Origin: Pirellulales bacterium | Lineage (GTDB): Bacteria > Planctomycetota > Planctomycetia > Pirellulales > UBA1268 | Assembly (NCBI GenBank): GCA_032117045.1 | Contig: JAUMAF010000120.1 | Span: forward strand, 1-52,208 | Direction of reading: 5' to 3' | DNA length: 52,208 bases | Part shown: piece by piece, positions 28,173-37,460 of the stretch | Position numbering within the stretch: position 1 is the stretch's first letter | Layout: each line of letters begins with the position of its first letter | Made by a program: the position numbers and the translations under genes | Notes under the pieces: model-generated | The model's input: the letters and a program-made list of their open reading frames with translations, nothing else | What the model was told of the DNA's origin: nothing | Database searches by the model: none

Positions 28173-28919
28173 TCAGGCGACCAGCTTCATGGCGGGCTGC
28201 TCGCCCGTGATGCCGACCACGAACTCCTCGAAAATCTTCACATCGAGGGCCGAGGCCGTCTCCGCCTCGGGGTGGAACTGCACGCCAATGGCCGTCCAGT
28301 TCTCCACGATGCTCTCGATGGCCTCGACCACGCCGTCCGGGGCGCGGGCCGTGACCCGAAAACTTGATGCGACGTCGTCGATCGCCATGTGGTGCATGCT
28401 GTTGACACGAATTTCGCCGTCACCATACACCCGCTCCATCGCCGAGCCCGGTTCGACGACCAGGGCATGCCGGTGGGCGAGATCGGTCGGATCCTTGTGG
28501 GGAATCGCCTTGGGAAGATCCTCGGGAATGTGCAGGAACAGCGTGCCCCCCTCGGTGATGTTGAGCAGCTGCATGCCGCTGCCGATGGCGAGCACCGGCA
28601 TGTGTCGGGCACAGAGGTGCTTGGCGAGCATACGGTCGAAGTCCTCGCGGCGGGTATCCATGGGCCGCACGGCCGGATGGGGCATGTAGCCGTCCCGCCT
28701 GGGATCCAGATCGGCCCCACCCACCATCACCACGCCGTCGAGCAGGTCAAGCAGGCGGATCACGTCATCCTCGTCTTCCAGCGGCGGCAGGATCACCGGA
28801 ATGCCACCGGAGGCCGTGATCCCGTCGTAGTAGCCGGCGGCGACGAACGAGAGCGCGGCATGTTCCTTGCGGGTTGAGCGATAGTCCGTATTGATGCCGA
28901 TAAGGGGTTTGGCTGCCAT
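28173..28919 (-). CDS. Class I glutamine amidotransferase, peptidase C26 / gamma-glutamyl hydrolase (PuuD-like) family
   Basis: GGADLDP, AIGSGMQLLN (a Ser sits where the nucleophile Cys is usual), VQFHPE. GGAGGA lies 10 nt upstream of the ATG at 28919. The 645-aa ORF extension is antisense to miaA. Confidence 0.85.
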   Translation of the reverse strand: MAAKPLIGINTDYRSTRKEHAALSFVAAGYYDGITASGGIPVILPPLEDEDDVIRLLDLLDGVVMVGGADLDPRRDGYMPHPAVRPMDTRREDFDRMLAKHLCARHMPVLAIGSGMQLLNITEGGTLFLHIPEDLPKAIPHKDPTDLAHRHALVVEPGSAMERVYGDGEIRVNSMHHMAIDDVASSFRVTARAPDGVVEAIESIVENWTAIGVQFHPEAETASALDVKIFEEFVVGITGEQPAMKLVA

Positions 28920-28993
28920 GAGAAAGCGATCCTCCGTGAGAAACGAACCGGCTTCCATGCCGGATTGCGGGCGAACGTATCGGTCGCCAGACC

Positions 28994-29015
28994 AATCGCA
29001 AGGAAATTTGCGATT
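28994..29015. promoter_or_regulatory. AT-rich perfect inverted repeat AATCGCAA-N6-TTGCGATT upstream of the amidotransferase gene
   Basis: Read directly. It is an unusually AT-rich dyad in a GC-rich genome, 75-96 nt upstream of the ATG at 28919. Confidence 0.3.
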
Positions 29016-29050
29016 TTGTGGTGAGGCCAGGGCCGCCACCACAACATCCG

Positions 29051-29075
29051 GTGCTAGCACGCCGCGTGCTAGCAT
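29051..29075. promoter_or_regulatory. Twin 10-bp palindromes GTGCTAGCAC-N5-GTGCTAGCAT, a candidate operator
   Basis: Read directly. Centre-to-centre spacing is 15 bp. It lies 132-156 nt upstream of the amidotransferase ATG and downstream of the miaA stop. Confidence 0.3.
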
Positions 29076-29122
29076 CCGCGAAAGGCCGAATCTCGGGGCT
29101 GGGGTGGGTTTCCGGGGCGGTG

Positions 29123-29204
29123 TTCGTGCCCGACCGGCCGTAAGACCGCGGGCTGCCCTGCGTTTGGTTCTGGGCCACCGACCGGCCGCGGGAGACTCCG
29201 GGCC
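29123..29204 (+). repeat. Degenerate REP-family copies
   Basis: TTCGTGCCCGACCGGCCGTAAGACCGCGGGCTGCCCTG resembles REP plus the post-REP linker of copy A, with a 10-nt deletion and a GTAA loop. A second GACCGGCCGCGGG remnant lies at about 29180..29192. Confidence 0.4.
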
Positions 29205-30211
29205 TAGGCGGCGATCCAGATGGCGTTTTTGAAGCTGCGGAGCCAGGTGAGCTGCCGCTTCGCGAGTTGACGCGTTCGGCGCTGCGTGCGGGCGATGGCT
29301 TCGGAGCGATCGATGCGGCCCTCCAGAAGGTCGATGGCTTCGGTGTAGCCCGCGGCTTGGCGGGCGGTTGGGCCGATGCCGCCGGGCTGCGCCAGGGCTG
29401 CCCTGGTCTCCTCGACGAGCCCCTCCGCAAACATCCGCTCGACGCGGCGGTCGATCCGGTCGTTGAGAACGGCCCTTGGCCGATCGACGATCATCAGCCG
29501 AGGCTCGAAGATGGGGTGCGGAACGGCGGAAAACGCAGCGGAGAGCGGCTGGCCTGTCGTGATCGCGACTTCCAGGGCACGAATAATCCGCTTCGCGTCG
29601 CGAGGATGAATTCGCGCGGCCGATGCCGGATCCACTGCGAAAAGCCGACGATGAAGCGACTCCGGGCCGTCGGCAGCCACCTCCGCCGCCAGCCGGTCGC
29701 GAAGGCCCGGTTCGGCCGCCGGCAGCAAGGCCAGACCGTCCCGCAGCGCCCGGAGGTAAAGAGGAGTGCCGCCCACGAACAACACCCGGCGGCCCCGGTT
29801 TCGACACGCCGCCACGGCCCGCGCTGCGTCGTCGAGCCAGCGGGCGATGCTGTAGGTTTCCGCGGCCGCAGCGACGTCCACGAGATGGTGCGGCACGCGG
29901 GCACGCTGCTCGGCCGTCGGCTTGGCCGTGCCCACGTCGAGCCCCCGATACACGGCCATGGAATCGACGCTCACGATCTCCGCCCCGAGCCAGAGCGCCA
30001 TCTCCACGGCCAAGGCCGACTTGCCCGAGGCCGTGGGACCCGACAAAAACCAGCAATCTTCCCCCAGCGGCGGGCCAGGATGACGACCGCCCGCTTTCGC
30101 CGCAGGCCATGCTAGAGTTGGAGACCCCAAAGATGGATGCTGGGCAGCATCCGGCCCTTCGGCGGGGAAAGCCTTCGGAGTCGGCGGAAATCGTGGCGGA
30201 TTCTCGAGCAT
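29204..30211 (-). CDS. miaA: tRNA dimethylallyltransferase
   Basis: GPTASGKSALAVEMA...IVSVDSMAVYRGLDVGTAKPT. The only in-frame ATG (30211) gives an unusually long N-terminus and overlaps the hisE ORF head-to-head, so the start is uncertain. Confidence 0.85.
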   Translation of the reverse strand: MLENPPRFPPTPKAFPAEGPDAAQHPSLGSPTLAWPAAKAGGRHPGPPLGEDCWFLSGPTASGKSALAVEMALWLGAEIVSVDSMAVYRGLDVGTAKPTAEQRARVPHHLVDVAAAAETYSIARWLDDAARAVAACRNRGRRVLFVGGTPLYLRALRDGLALLPAAEPGLRDRLAAEVAADGPESLHRRLFAVDPASAARIHPRDAKRIIRALEVAITTGQPLSAAFSAVPHPIFEPRLMIVDRPRAVLNDRIDRRVERMFAEGLVEETRAALAQPGGIGPTARQAAGYTEAIDLLEGRIDRSEAIARTQRRTRQLAKRQLTWLRSFKNAIWIAA

Positions 30212-30561
30212 CGACGCGACGCTGCGGGGAGGTTTTGGAGACCCTGGAGGGCGTGATCGCCTCCCGGAAGAACGATCCCTCGTCCCGATCCTACACCACC
30301 ACGCTCCTGGCGGGCGGGCCGACGAAAGCCGGCGCGAAGGTCAGCGAAGAGGCCGGTGAGCTCGTCGAGGCGGCCTGCGGCGAAACCGACGACCGCGTCG
30401 TCTCCGAGGCGGCCGACCTCGTCTATCACATGCTCGTCCTGCTCGCCTGCCGCGATGTGCCCCTCGCACGCGTCGAGGACGAGTTGGCCCGACGCTTCGG
30501 TGTTTCCGGACTCGACGAGAAGGCGTCGCGCACGACGGGCGGACAAGGAGCATCGACATGA
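30193..30561 (+). CDS. hisE: Phosphoribosyl-ATP pyrophosphatase
   Basis: SYTTTLLAGG...KVSEEAGELVEA...EAADLVYHMLVLL. The stop overlaps the hisG ATG (ATGA). Start ambiguous: in-frame GTG at 30193, ATG at 30133 or 30109. Confidence 0.75.
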   Translation: MADSRASTRRCGEVLETLEGVIASRKNDPSSRSYTTTLLAGGPTKAGAKVSEEAGELVEAACGETDDRVVSEAADLVYHMLVLLACRDVPLARVEDELARRFGVSGLDEKASRTTGGQGAST

Positions 30562-31427
30562 GCGACGACCACCAGGAACGGCTTCTCCGCATCGGGATCC
30601 CCAGCAAAGGCCGATTGGCCGAACTCTCGGCACAACTCCTGGCTGACGCCGGCCTCTCCTTCCGGCGGACGGATCGCAGTCTCTTCGCCCGCTGCAAGGA
30701 CATGCCCGTCGAGGTGACGTTTCTCCGCACCGACGACATTCCCGTGCTCACCGCCGAGGGGGCGATCGATCTGGGCATCACCGGTGCCGATCTCGTCGCG
30801 GAGAGCGGTGCCGAGGTCGTTCACCGCCTCGACCTCGGAGTGGGCACCTGCCGACTCGCCCTCTGCGTGCCCGACGACGCGGCCATCGCCGATGCCCGTC
30901 ATCTGGCCGGCCGCCGCGTGGCCACCAGCTTTCCGCGGATCACCCGTCAATGGCTCGCCGACCGCGGCGTCGAGGCCCATTTCGTGGAACTCTCCGGCAG
31001 CGTCGAGGTGATGATCGCCCTGGGCGTCGCCGATGCGATCGTCGACCTCGTGGAGACCGGCAGCACGCTGGCGGCCAATCGCCTCCGCGTGCTCGATGAG
31101 ATCGGCCGCTACGAGACCGTGCTCGTGCAGCATCCATCGCTCCGTGATGTCGCCCTCGCCGATCGGATCGTCCGCCGCCTCGAGGGCATCGTCATCGCGA
31201 GGAGCTGGTCGCTCCTCGAATACAACGTGCCCCGGGTCCGGCTCGCGGAAGCGGAGGCGATCACCCCCGGCTTCAACTCGCCTACGGTGATGGCCCTGGA
31301 AGACGCGGCCTGGTGCGCGGTGCGGGCCATGGTGAAGCGGAGCGACGTGCATGCCGTCATGGAGCGGCTGGAGGCCATCGGCGCGTCGGCTGTCATCGAG
31401 ACGCGGATCGGCAACTGCCGTCTGTAG
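30558..31427 (+). CDS. hisG: ATP phosphoribosyltransferase (long form)
   Basis: LRIGIPSKGRL, DLGITGADL, DLVETGSTL, C-terminal regulatory domain. Confidence 0.9.
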   Translation: MSDDHQERLLRIGIPSKGRLAELSAQLLADAGLSFRRTDRSLFARCKDMPVEVTFLRTDDIPVLTAEGAIDLGITGADLVAESGAEVVHRLDLGVGTCRLALCVPDDAAIADARHLAGRRVATSFPRITRQWLADRGVEAHFVELSGSVEVMIALGVADAIVDLVETGSTLAANRLRVLDEIGRYETVLVQHPSLRDVALADRIVRRLEGIVIARSWSLLEYNVPRVRLAEAEAITPGFNSPTVMALEDAAWCAVRAMVKRSDVHAVMERLEAIGASAVIETRIGNCRL

Positions 31428-31460
31428 AAGGACTGGGCCGCAGGACGTCGTGCCGCGAGA

Positions 31461-32744
31461 TCAGTCGTCCAGCGTGCCGGCGATGCTCCTGCCGGCGCGG
31501 AGCGTGGCCAGAATGCGGGTCGAGGGATCGAGGACGGCGTCGTGCGGATCGCGATGAACCGCCGTCGGTCGGAGGATGACGAGATCGGCGGGACGACCAG
31601 GGGCGAGGATCCCCGACTGGCGTTCGAAGCCGAGGGCCCAGCCGCTCTCGATCGTGGCCATGCGGAGTGACTCCGCGGGCGAACAGATGCCGGCGGCGAC
31701 GAGCGTGCGGCACTCGGCAAGCAGCGAAAGATCGGGATTTGAGCCGCGGCTGTCGGTGCCGATCGCCACGCGGACGCCCGCCTCGCGGAAGACCGCCACC
31801 GGAGGCAGCACGCCTGAGATCGCCCACGTGGTCCGCGGGCAGACGGCCACGCAGAGCCGATCACGATGCCTGGCCAGCCGCGCGATCGCGACAGGATCAC
31901 GGCCGAGATGGGTGCCATGCACGACGATTCCGCGGTGTGCCTTGGCGAGTCGTGAAATCCAGTCGGCTGCGGAGAGCAGGGGCGGAGGGCTCGCGGCATT
32001 CCAGACGCCAAACCCCTCGAGCAGGCTGCGAAAGGGGCCGCTGCCGGAAGCCACCAGTTCCTCTTCGGCCTGGCTTTCCGCGAGATGCATGGCGACGGGC
32101 AGTCGGCGACGCGCGGCCTCCCGAATGACCGCCGTGCCGAGCGGCGCCGCCACCGAGTAGGGTGCGTGCGGCGACAGCCCCACCGCCAGGCCCCGCGTGG
32201 CCAAGCGATCCACGTCGCGGACCGCCGCGGCGAGGGCGGCCGCCCCGGCAGCCGGCGACAGACCCAGGGCCTCGCGGAAGACACGAACCCGTGGACCGTG
32301 CGAAGACCCCTCGATGGTGGCCGTGGTCGCGATCTCACCAAGGGCCGTCACTCCGGCAGCGGCACTCTAGGCAAGGCCACGACGAATCGCAGCCGCCACC
32401 GAGTCAGGGCCCTCGCCGCTCGCCGGCCGCTCGCGGCGGAGCCGCACCACGCGGCCGATCCAGCCAGGAAGACCGTCCGTCGAGTCGAGTGGCTCGGTTC
32501 GGTCCGAGAACTCGAGATGCGTGTGGGCGTTGACGAGCCCCGGCATGACGACCGCGTCACCGATATCGAGCACGCGATGCGAGCCGCCGGTGGCCGATGG
32601 CCGGCCGCGTCCGCCGGCTCCTGATCCCAGACCGACGATCCGGCCACGACGGAACGTCAGCCATCCGTTCTCGATGACCGCTCCGTCCATCGGCAGGAGA
32701 TGCCGGCAGCGGATCGTGATGGTGCGGCCACCGCGAGTCGTCAC
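31461..32744 (-). pseudogene. Amidohydrolase-superfamily deaminase (chlorohydrolase/MTA-SAH-deaminase-like, candidate aminofutalosine deaminase) interrupted by one in-frame TAG
   Basis: ORFs 32367..32744 (HxH metal motif NAHTHLEFS) and 31461..32351 (HLAES, VVHGTH, IGTDS) are in the same frame. They are separated only by a TAG at 32367..32369 plus 5 codons. GTGA overlap with the upstream mqnC-like stop. Confidence 0.7.
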
Positions 32745-33949
32745 GGGAGGGTCGACGCTGCTGACCAGGAAGGCTCGATGATCGGCAGTCCGCCCTGTGG
32801 CCGTGCCCGCTCAGGAAGGATCGGTGCGGCGGGATCCTCCTCGAACAGTTCGTAAAACACGTTTCGCCGCCGCGGAATCCAGCCCAGTTCGGAAATCGCC
32901 GCCTTCATCTCCTTGAGCGTCAGATGATGCACCGTGCCCGCCGCACTGACGACGTTCTCTTCCATCATCAGGCTGCCCATGTCGTTGGCCCCGAACAGCA
33001 GGGCAAGCTGGCCGATTTCCCGCCCCTGGGTGACCCAACTCGACTGGATGTTGGCGAAGTTGTCGAGATACAACCGTGAGACGGCCTGCGTCTTCAGGTA
33101 TTCGAAGGCGCCGGCGGGAGGGATGTCGTCCATCTCGGTGTTACCGGGCTGAAACGACCAGCAGATGAAGGCTGTGAAGCCACCGGTCTCGTCCTGAAGT
33201 TCCCGCAGCCGCTCGAGGTGCTCGACCCGCTCGGCGAGTGTCTCGATGTGGCCGAACATCATCGTCGCCGTGCTGCGGCCGCCAAGGCGGTGCCAGCGTC
33301 GATGCACCTCCAGCCAGTCGTCGGTCAGCACCTTGCCACGGGTCATCGCGGCGCGGACCCGATCGACGAGGATTTCACCGCCGCCGCCCGGCAGGGACCC
33401 GAGCCCGGCGCGGGCGAGCCGCTCCAGCACCTCGTCGAGCGGCCGCTTCGAGACCTTCGTGAAGTGGTGGATCTCGGGTGGCGAAAACCCGTGGATATTG
33501 ACCTGCGGGAAGTGCCGCTTGATGTCCCGGAGCAGATCTTCATACCACTCGAGCGTGAGCGTCGGGTGCAGGCCCCCCTGCATGAGAATCTGATCACCCC
33601 CGACCGACACCATCTCCTCGATCTTGCCGAGAATCACCTCGCGATCGAGCACGTAGCCTTCGGGATGCTTGGGACCTCGGTAAAAGGCACAGAAGTCGCA
33701 GACCGCGGTGCAGACGTTTGTGTAGTTGATGTTGCGGTCAATGTTGTAGGTGCGGAAGGGCTCCGGATGGAGTCGCCGCGTGATCGTGTCGGCGGCCCGA
33801 CCGATGGCCGCAAGATCGTGGGATTCGAGCAGACGGACCGCGTTGTCGGCCGACAACCTTCCACCGGCGAGGACTTCGTCGAGAATGGCGGCACTGGAGT
33901 CCGGGGAGATCACGACGCTTTTCCAGGAAGGACGATATCCGACGGCCAC
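32741..33949 (-). CDS. mqnC: Radical SAM menaquinone (futalosine pathway) enzyme, MqnC/MqnE family
   Basis: NIDRNINYTNVCTAVCDFCAFYR radical-SAM cluster typical of MqnC/MqnE/CofH, adjacent to mqnA. I cannot separate MqnC from MqnE by eye. The start may be a GTG near 33919. Confidence 0.8.
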   Translation of the reverse strand: MAVGYRPSWKSVVISPDSSAAILDEVLAGGRLSADNAVRLLESHDLAAIGRAADTITRRLHPEPFRTYNIDRNINYTNVCTAVCDFCAFYRGPKHPEGYVLDREVILGKIEEMVSVGGDQILMQGGLHPTLTLEWYEDLLRDIKRHFPQVNIHGFSPPEIHHFTKVSKRPLDEVLERLARAGLGSLPGGGGEILVDRVRAAMTRGKVLTDDWLEVHRRWHRLGGRSTATMMFGHIETLAERVEHLERLRELQDETGGFTAFICWSFQPGNTEMDDIPPAGAFEYLKTQAVSRLYLDNFANIQSSWVTQGREIGQLALLFGANDMGSLMMEENVVSAAGTVHHLTLKEMKAAISELGWIPRRRNVFYELFEEDPAAPILPERARPQGGLPIIEPSWSAASTLP

Positions 33950-34797
33950 TTGCCCGCGGTTCCGCCTACGGTCACCGTGCCACGGGCCACTCGCAGGCGC
34001 TCGTTGGACGGTGCCAGACCGAGCCCGGCTGCGTGCCGCTGGAAGAGCGTCAACGCCTCGTGCTCGCGATGGCCCAGATGATAATGGAGATTATCACGCA
34101 AATAGCCCAGGCACTGCGGCACCGTGAGGCCGTGGCCACCGGCTTCGGCCGCCGCGATGGCCGCCAGATTCGCCAGTCCTGAATCCCTGGCTCGGGCGAG
34201 CAGCGGCGCGAGGGAATCGACGTCGACGCCGTCGCGGGCCGCCCAGACGGCGAAGACGAATGGCAGGCCGGTCCACCGACACCACTCGTCGCCAAGATCC
34301 CAGACCAGCTGGAACGAGCCGGCGTCGCGACCGGCCGATCCGCGAGAATCCAGAGCGCGATCACCGATCAACAGCACGGCATCCGCCTGCGTGTCGGCGA
34401 GGCCCGCCCCGATCGGCAGCGACTCCACCTCCGGGAAGACACCATGCCGCTCCGCCAGCAGCACGCGGGCGAGCGCGGCGCTCGTTCGCGAACCCACATC
34501 CACGGCCAGCGTCGCGACGCTACCGGGAGATGTCCGAAAAAAGATCTTCACGCTCATGACGGGCCCGCGGCAGCCGATGCAGGCATCGGAGATCACCCGA
34601 TACCCTCCCCGGAAGACCTCTACCGACGGAATCAGGGCCACGTCCAGCGATCCGCTGGCGAGGCGGTCGGCCAGCCTGCTGGGAAGGTCGTACGAAACCT
34701 CCACCCCTGTCGCAGCCAGCCCGTGCACGAGGGGCCGCGTGTTGAGGTATTGAACGGCGCCGACCCGGAGCCCGGCCTCGAAAGACCGGGGAAACAT
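33910..34797 (-). CDS. mqnA: Chorismate dehydratase MqnA (futalosine pathway)
   Basis: LRVGAVQYLNTRPLVHGL N-terminus and periplasmic-binding-protein-like fold pattern, next to the mqnC-like gene. Confidence 0.8.
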   Translation of the reverse strand: MFPRSFEAGLRVGAVQYLNTRPLVHGLAATGVEVSYDLPSRLADRLASGSLDVALIPSVEVFRGGYRVISDACIGCRGPVMSVKIFFRTSPGSVATLAVDVGSRTSAALARVLLAERHGVFPEVESLPIGAGLADTQADAVLLIGDRALDSRGSAGRDAGSFQLVWDLGDEWCRWTGLPFVFAVWAARDGVDVDSLAPLLARARDSGLANLAAIAAAEAGGHGLTVPQCLGYLRDNLHYHLGHREHEALTLFQRHAAGLGLAPSNERLRVARGTVTVGGTAGKWPSDIVLPGKAS

Positions 34798-34953
34798 GCT
34801 GGATCGCTTGTGGGAGGGGTGATGAATCATGGTTTGAGTCGGTTCGCACGGATTTTTGACGGCTGCTCGCCTTCAGAGCAACCGCATTTCTCGGCTCACG
34901 CTAACGGCACGCAGGTATCCCCCCATGAGGGCCGTCCCCTTGGGTGAGAAGGG

Positions 34954-36726
34954 CTATGCTTCGAGCCGGCGGAAGGCCCGCAGACCGAGTCCCAGCGGGA
35001 CAAACGTCGCTGCCAGGCCCAGAGCGACCACCAGCACCAGACTGATGAAACTTCCCCAGGGGCCGCCTGCCCAGGCGAGAATCCCCTGCGGGGCGATGTA
35101 GGTCGGGCCGAAGGCCCTCGACACGATGAACAGGTGGGTTGGCACCGCGGCCAGCACCACCACCGCCATGATGAAGAGCGAGCTTAGGACGAGACTCAGG
35201 GTACCGCCGAACCCGGACGAGATCTTCGACGGCGACGACTCGCGGAGGTCGGGCATCCGGGCCCCGAGGCCCACGGCGATGCCGGAAAGTCCCATGCAGA
35301 GCATGACGCAACAGATTTCGTGCTGACCGATCAGCCTCCAGGACATCCCGAGCATGGAGTCGCTCAGGAACACCAGGCTGCAACAGGGGATCAGGCCGCC
35401 GACACAAGAGAACAGAAACTTCGACCAGACGATCTGATCGCGATGCACGGGAAGCAGGCCGAGGATCCAAAACCGCCGACCCTCCAGACTGATCATCGGG
35501 TAGACGAACCGGGTCGTGAACGTGGAGAGGATCAGCCCCACCACCGCCAGATTCAGATAGCCGATCATCGAGGCATAGGCGTTGTTGTAGTTGAAGGAAC
35601 GGAGGTTGAAGAAATACAGCCCGAGCAGCCCGAAGAAGATCACGAACTGAGACCACTGCGAGATGTCTCGGCGGAACAACTGGAGGTCTTTCACGAGAAG
35701 GAGCCGCAGGGGCCGTCCGGCGGCGAAACCCGCATGGCCGAGGGTGCGGTCGAACCAGCCCAGCGGACGGCGTCGTCGCCGGGCGGGCACTTCTCCGGCG
35801 AGTTGGCTGTAGCCCCGGCGGTAGGCGACCCGGGCGAGCCAGCCGGCCGCGAACTGCAGCAGGATCGCGTGGGCGATGAGCAGCGCCAGAAACTTCAGGG
35901 CTTCCCCGAATCCCGGCGCCGACACGCTGCCGTCGCGTTCCGTCCTCGCGGCCTCGATCAGACCGCTCGACAACCACCAGCTGGGAAACAACTTCTGCTC
36001 GGTCACCGCCAGCCTGGCGAAGGTCCGCTCAAACCAGGCCGCCGACATCGCGTCGATGCGTGATTGAGAAAACATCGACCAGCCGAGCCAGATCGCCACG
36101 ATGCAGACGATGCCGACGCCGATCGAAAGGGCATGCACCCGCAGCCGGGGCATCCAGGCCACCAGCAGCATGCAGCAGATGCTGCCGATCGCGGCCGGAA
36201 TGAAGACGAACGAGATCATGAAGGGCAGCAGGAGCACGAAGTAGTGCCAGGCGGAATGCCGCACCATCCCGTAGGCGGCGAGCATCGGGCTGCCGAGAAG
36301 GACGAAACCCCAGCTCGAGAACCACATCGCTTCGCGAAACTTGTGGGCCAGGATCGTCTCCGGCCGGGCCGGCAGCGTGAGCAGGAGCTTCGCCTCCGTG
36401 GAGCAATACATGCCGCTGTAGACGAGGATGCCGGTCGAAAACACGAGCATCACCATCAGCGAAGAGAAGAAGGCGTTGAAGAGCAGCGAGATCACTTCCG
36501 CGTGCAGGGCGTCGAGAAAGGAAAAAGCTTCGAGAAACAGCCCGTAGAGGGCGGCCCAGAACAGTCCGCTCAGCAGCACGACAAGCGAGAGCCTGAGCCG
36601 GGAGTCCACGAACATCGAGCGGATCGTCTCCCACGCCAGCGTGGCTCGCAGCCGCATGAAGAGCCGCCCTTCCGCCTCGAACGAGAGCAGCCGCACCGCG
36701 TCGGGGGTCGCCGGTCGGCCCGTCAT
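34954..36726 (-). CDS. Large polytopic ABC-exporter permease-like membrane protein
   Basis: About 12 or more hydrophobic segments over 590 aa. The ATG overlaps the stop of the ABC ATPase gene. Confidence 0.7.
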   Translation of the reverse strand: MTGRPATPDAVRLLSFEAEGRLFMRLRATLAWETIRSMFVDSRLRLSLVVLLSGLFWAALYGLFLEAFSFLDALHAEVISLLFNAFFSSLMVMLVFSTGILVYSGMYCSTEAKLLLTLPARPETILAHKFREAMWFSSWGFVLLGSPMLAAYGMVRHSAWHYFVLLLPFMISFVFIPAAIGSICCMLLVAWMPRLRVHALSIGVGIVCIVAIWLGWSMFSQSRIDAMSAAWFERTFARLAVTEQKLFPSWWLSSGLIEAARTERDGSVSAPGFGEALKFLALLIAHAILLQFAAGWLARVAYRRGYSQLAGEVPARRRRRPLGWFDRTLGHAGFAAGRPLRLLLVKDLQLFRRDISQWSQFVIFFGLLGLYFFNLRSFNYNNAYASMIGYLNLAVVGLILSTFTTRFVYPMISLEGRRFWILGLLPVHRDQIVWSKFLFSCVGGLIPCCSLVFLSDSMLGMSWRLIGQHEICCVMLCMGLSGIAVGLGARMPDLRESSPSKISSGFGGTLSLVLSSLFIMAVVVLAAVPTHLFIVSRAFGPTYIAPQGILAWAGGPWGSFISLVLVVALGLAATFVPLGLGLRAFRRLEA

Positions 36727-37460
36727 GAGGCGGGGCCGCGGGGCGACGTGAGTTCGAGGTAGAGATGCTCGAGTGTCGTCGTCTCGAGGGCCATCTGGTC
36801 GCGGAGTTCGGCGACCGTGCCCAGGAAGCGGAGCTGCCCGCGGACCATGATGCCCACGCGGTCGGCCATTTCCTCGGCCATGGCCAGCGTATGGGTCGAC
36901 ATGAAGACCGTCATGCCCTCGCGGGTGCGGGCGGCGAGCAGATCCTTCACGATCCGCACACTTCGCGGATCGAGCCCCACCATCGGCTCGTCCAGCACCA
37001 GCACCTCGGGGTCGTGGAGCAGCGACGCTGCAAACACGAGTCTCTGCTTCATGCCGAGCGAATAGCTTTCCGAGAGATCGTCGGCAAACTCTCCCAGCTC
37101 AAAGTGCTCGATCTCGCGGTCGATCCGCCCGCCCGCATGGCGGCGGGGCATGCCGAACATGTCGGCGATGAACCAGAGAAACTCCCGGCCGGTGAGCTTG
37201 TCGTAGAGGCACGGCTCGTCCGGCACGTAGCCCAGATGCAGGTGGGCGGCCCGCGAATCCTTGACGAGGTCGTGGCCACACACCCGCACGGCACCGCGCG
37301 AAGGATGGAGCAGCCCGACGAGCATGCGGATCGTGGTCGTCTTCCCGGCCCCGTTGGGACCGAGCAGGGCGAACAGTTCGCCTCGTGGAATCGCCAGCGT
37401 CAGGTCTGAGACCGCGGTCTTCGGGCCGTAGGTGCGCGTGACATGGTCGAACTCGATCAT
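36723..37460 (-). CDS. ABC transporter ATP-binding protein (ABC-2/DrrA-like)
   Basis: Walker A GPNGAGKTT, signature YSLGMKQRL, Walker B LVLDEP. Confidence 0.9.
   Translation of the reverse strand: MIEFDHVTRTYGPKTAVSDLTLAIPRGELFALLGPNGAGKTTTIRMLVGLLHPSRGAVRVCGHDLVKDSRAAHLHLGYVPDEPCLYDKLTGREFLWFIADMFGMPRRHAGGRIDREIEHFELGEFADDLSESYSLGMKQRLVFAASLLHDPEVLVLDEPMVGLDPRSVRIVKDLLAARTREGMTVFMSTHTLAMAEEMADRVGIMVRGQLRFLGTVAELRDQMALETTTLEHLYLELTSPRGPAS

Noticed and set aside
28173-30110. 645-aa ORF suggesting one giant protein
   Set aside because: Only the C-terminal 248 aa (from the ATG at 28919, with a GGAGGA RBS) is amidotransferase-like. The upstream part runs through the intergenic repeats and antisense through miaA.
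32741-34797. Considered whether the mqn cluster represents a complete or novel menaquinone island
   Set aside because: Only mqnA, one MqnC/MqnE-family gene and the interrupted deaminase are present. This is a known, typically scattered futalosine-pathway arrangement, and only the in-frame stop is notable.
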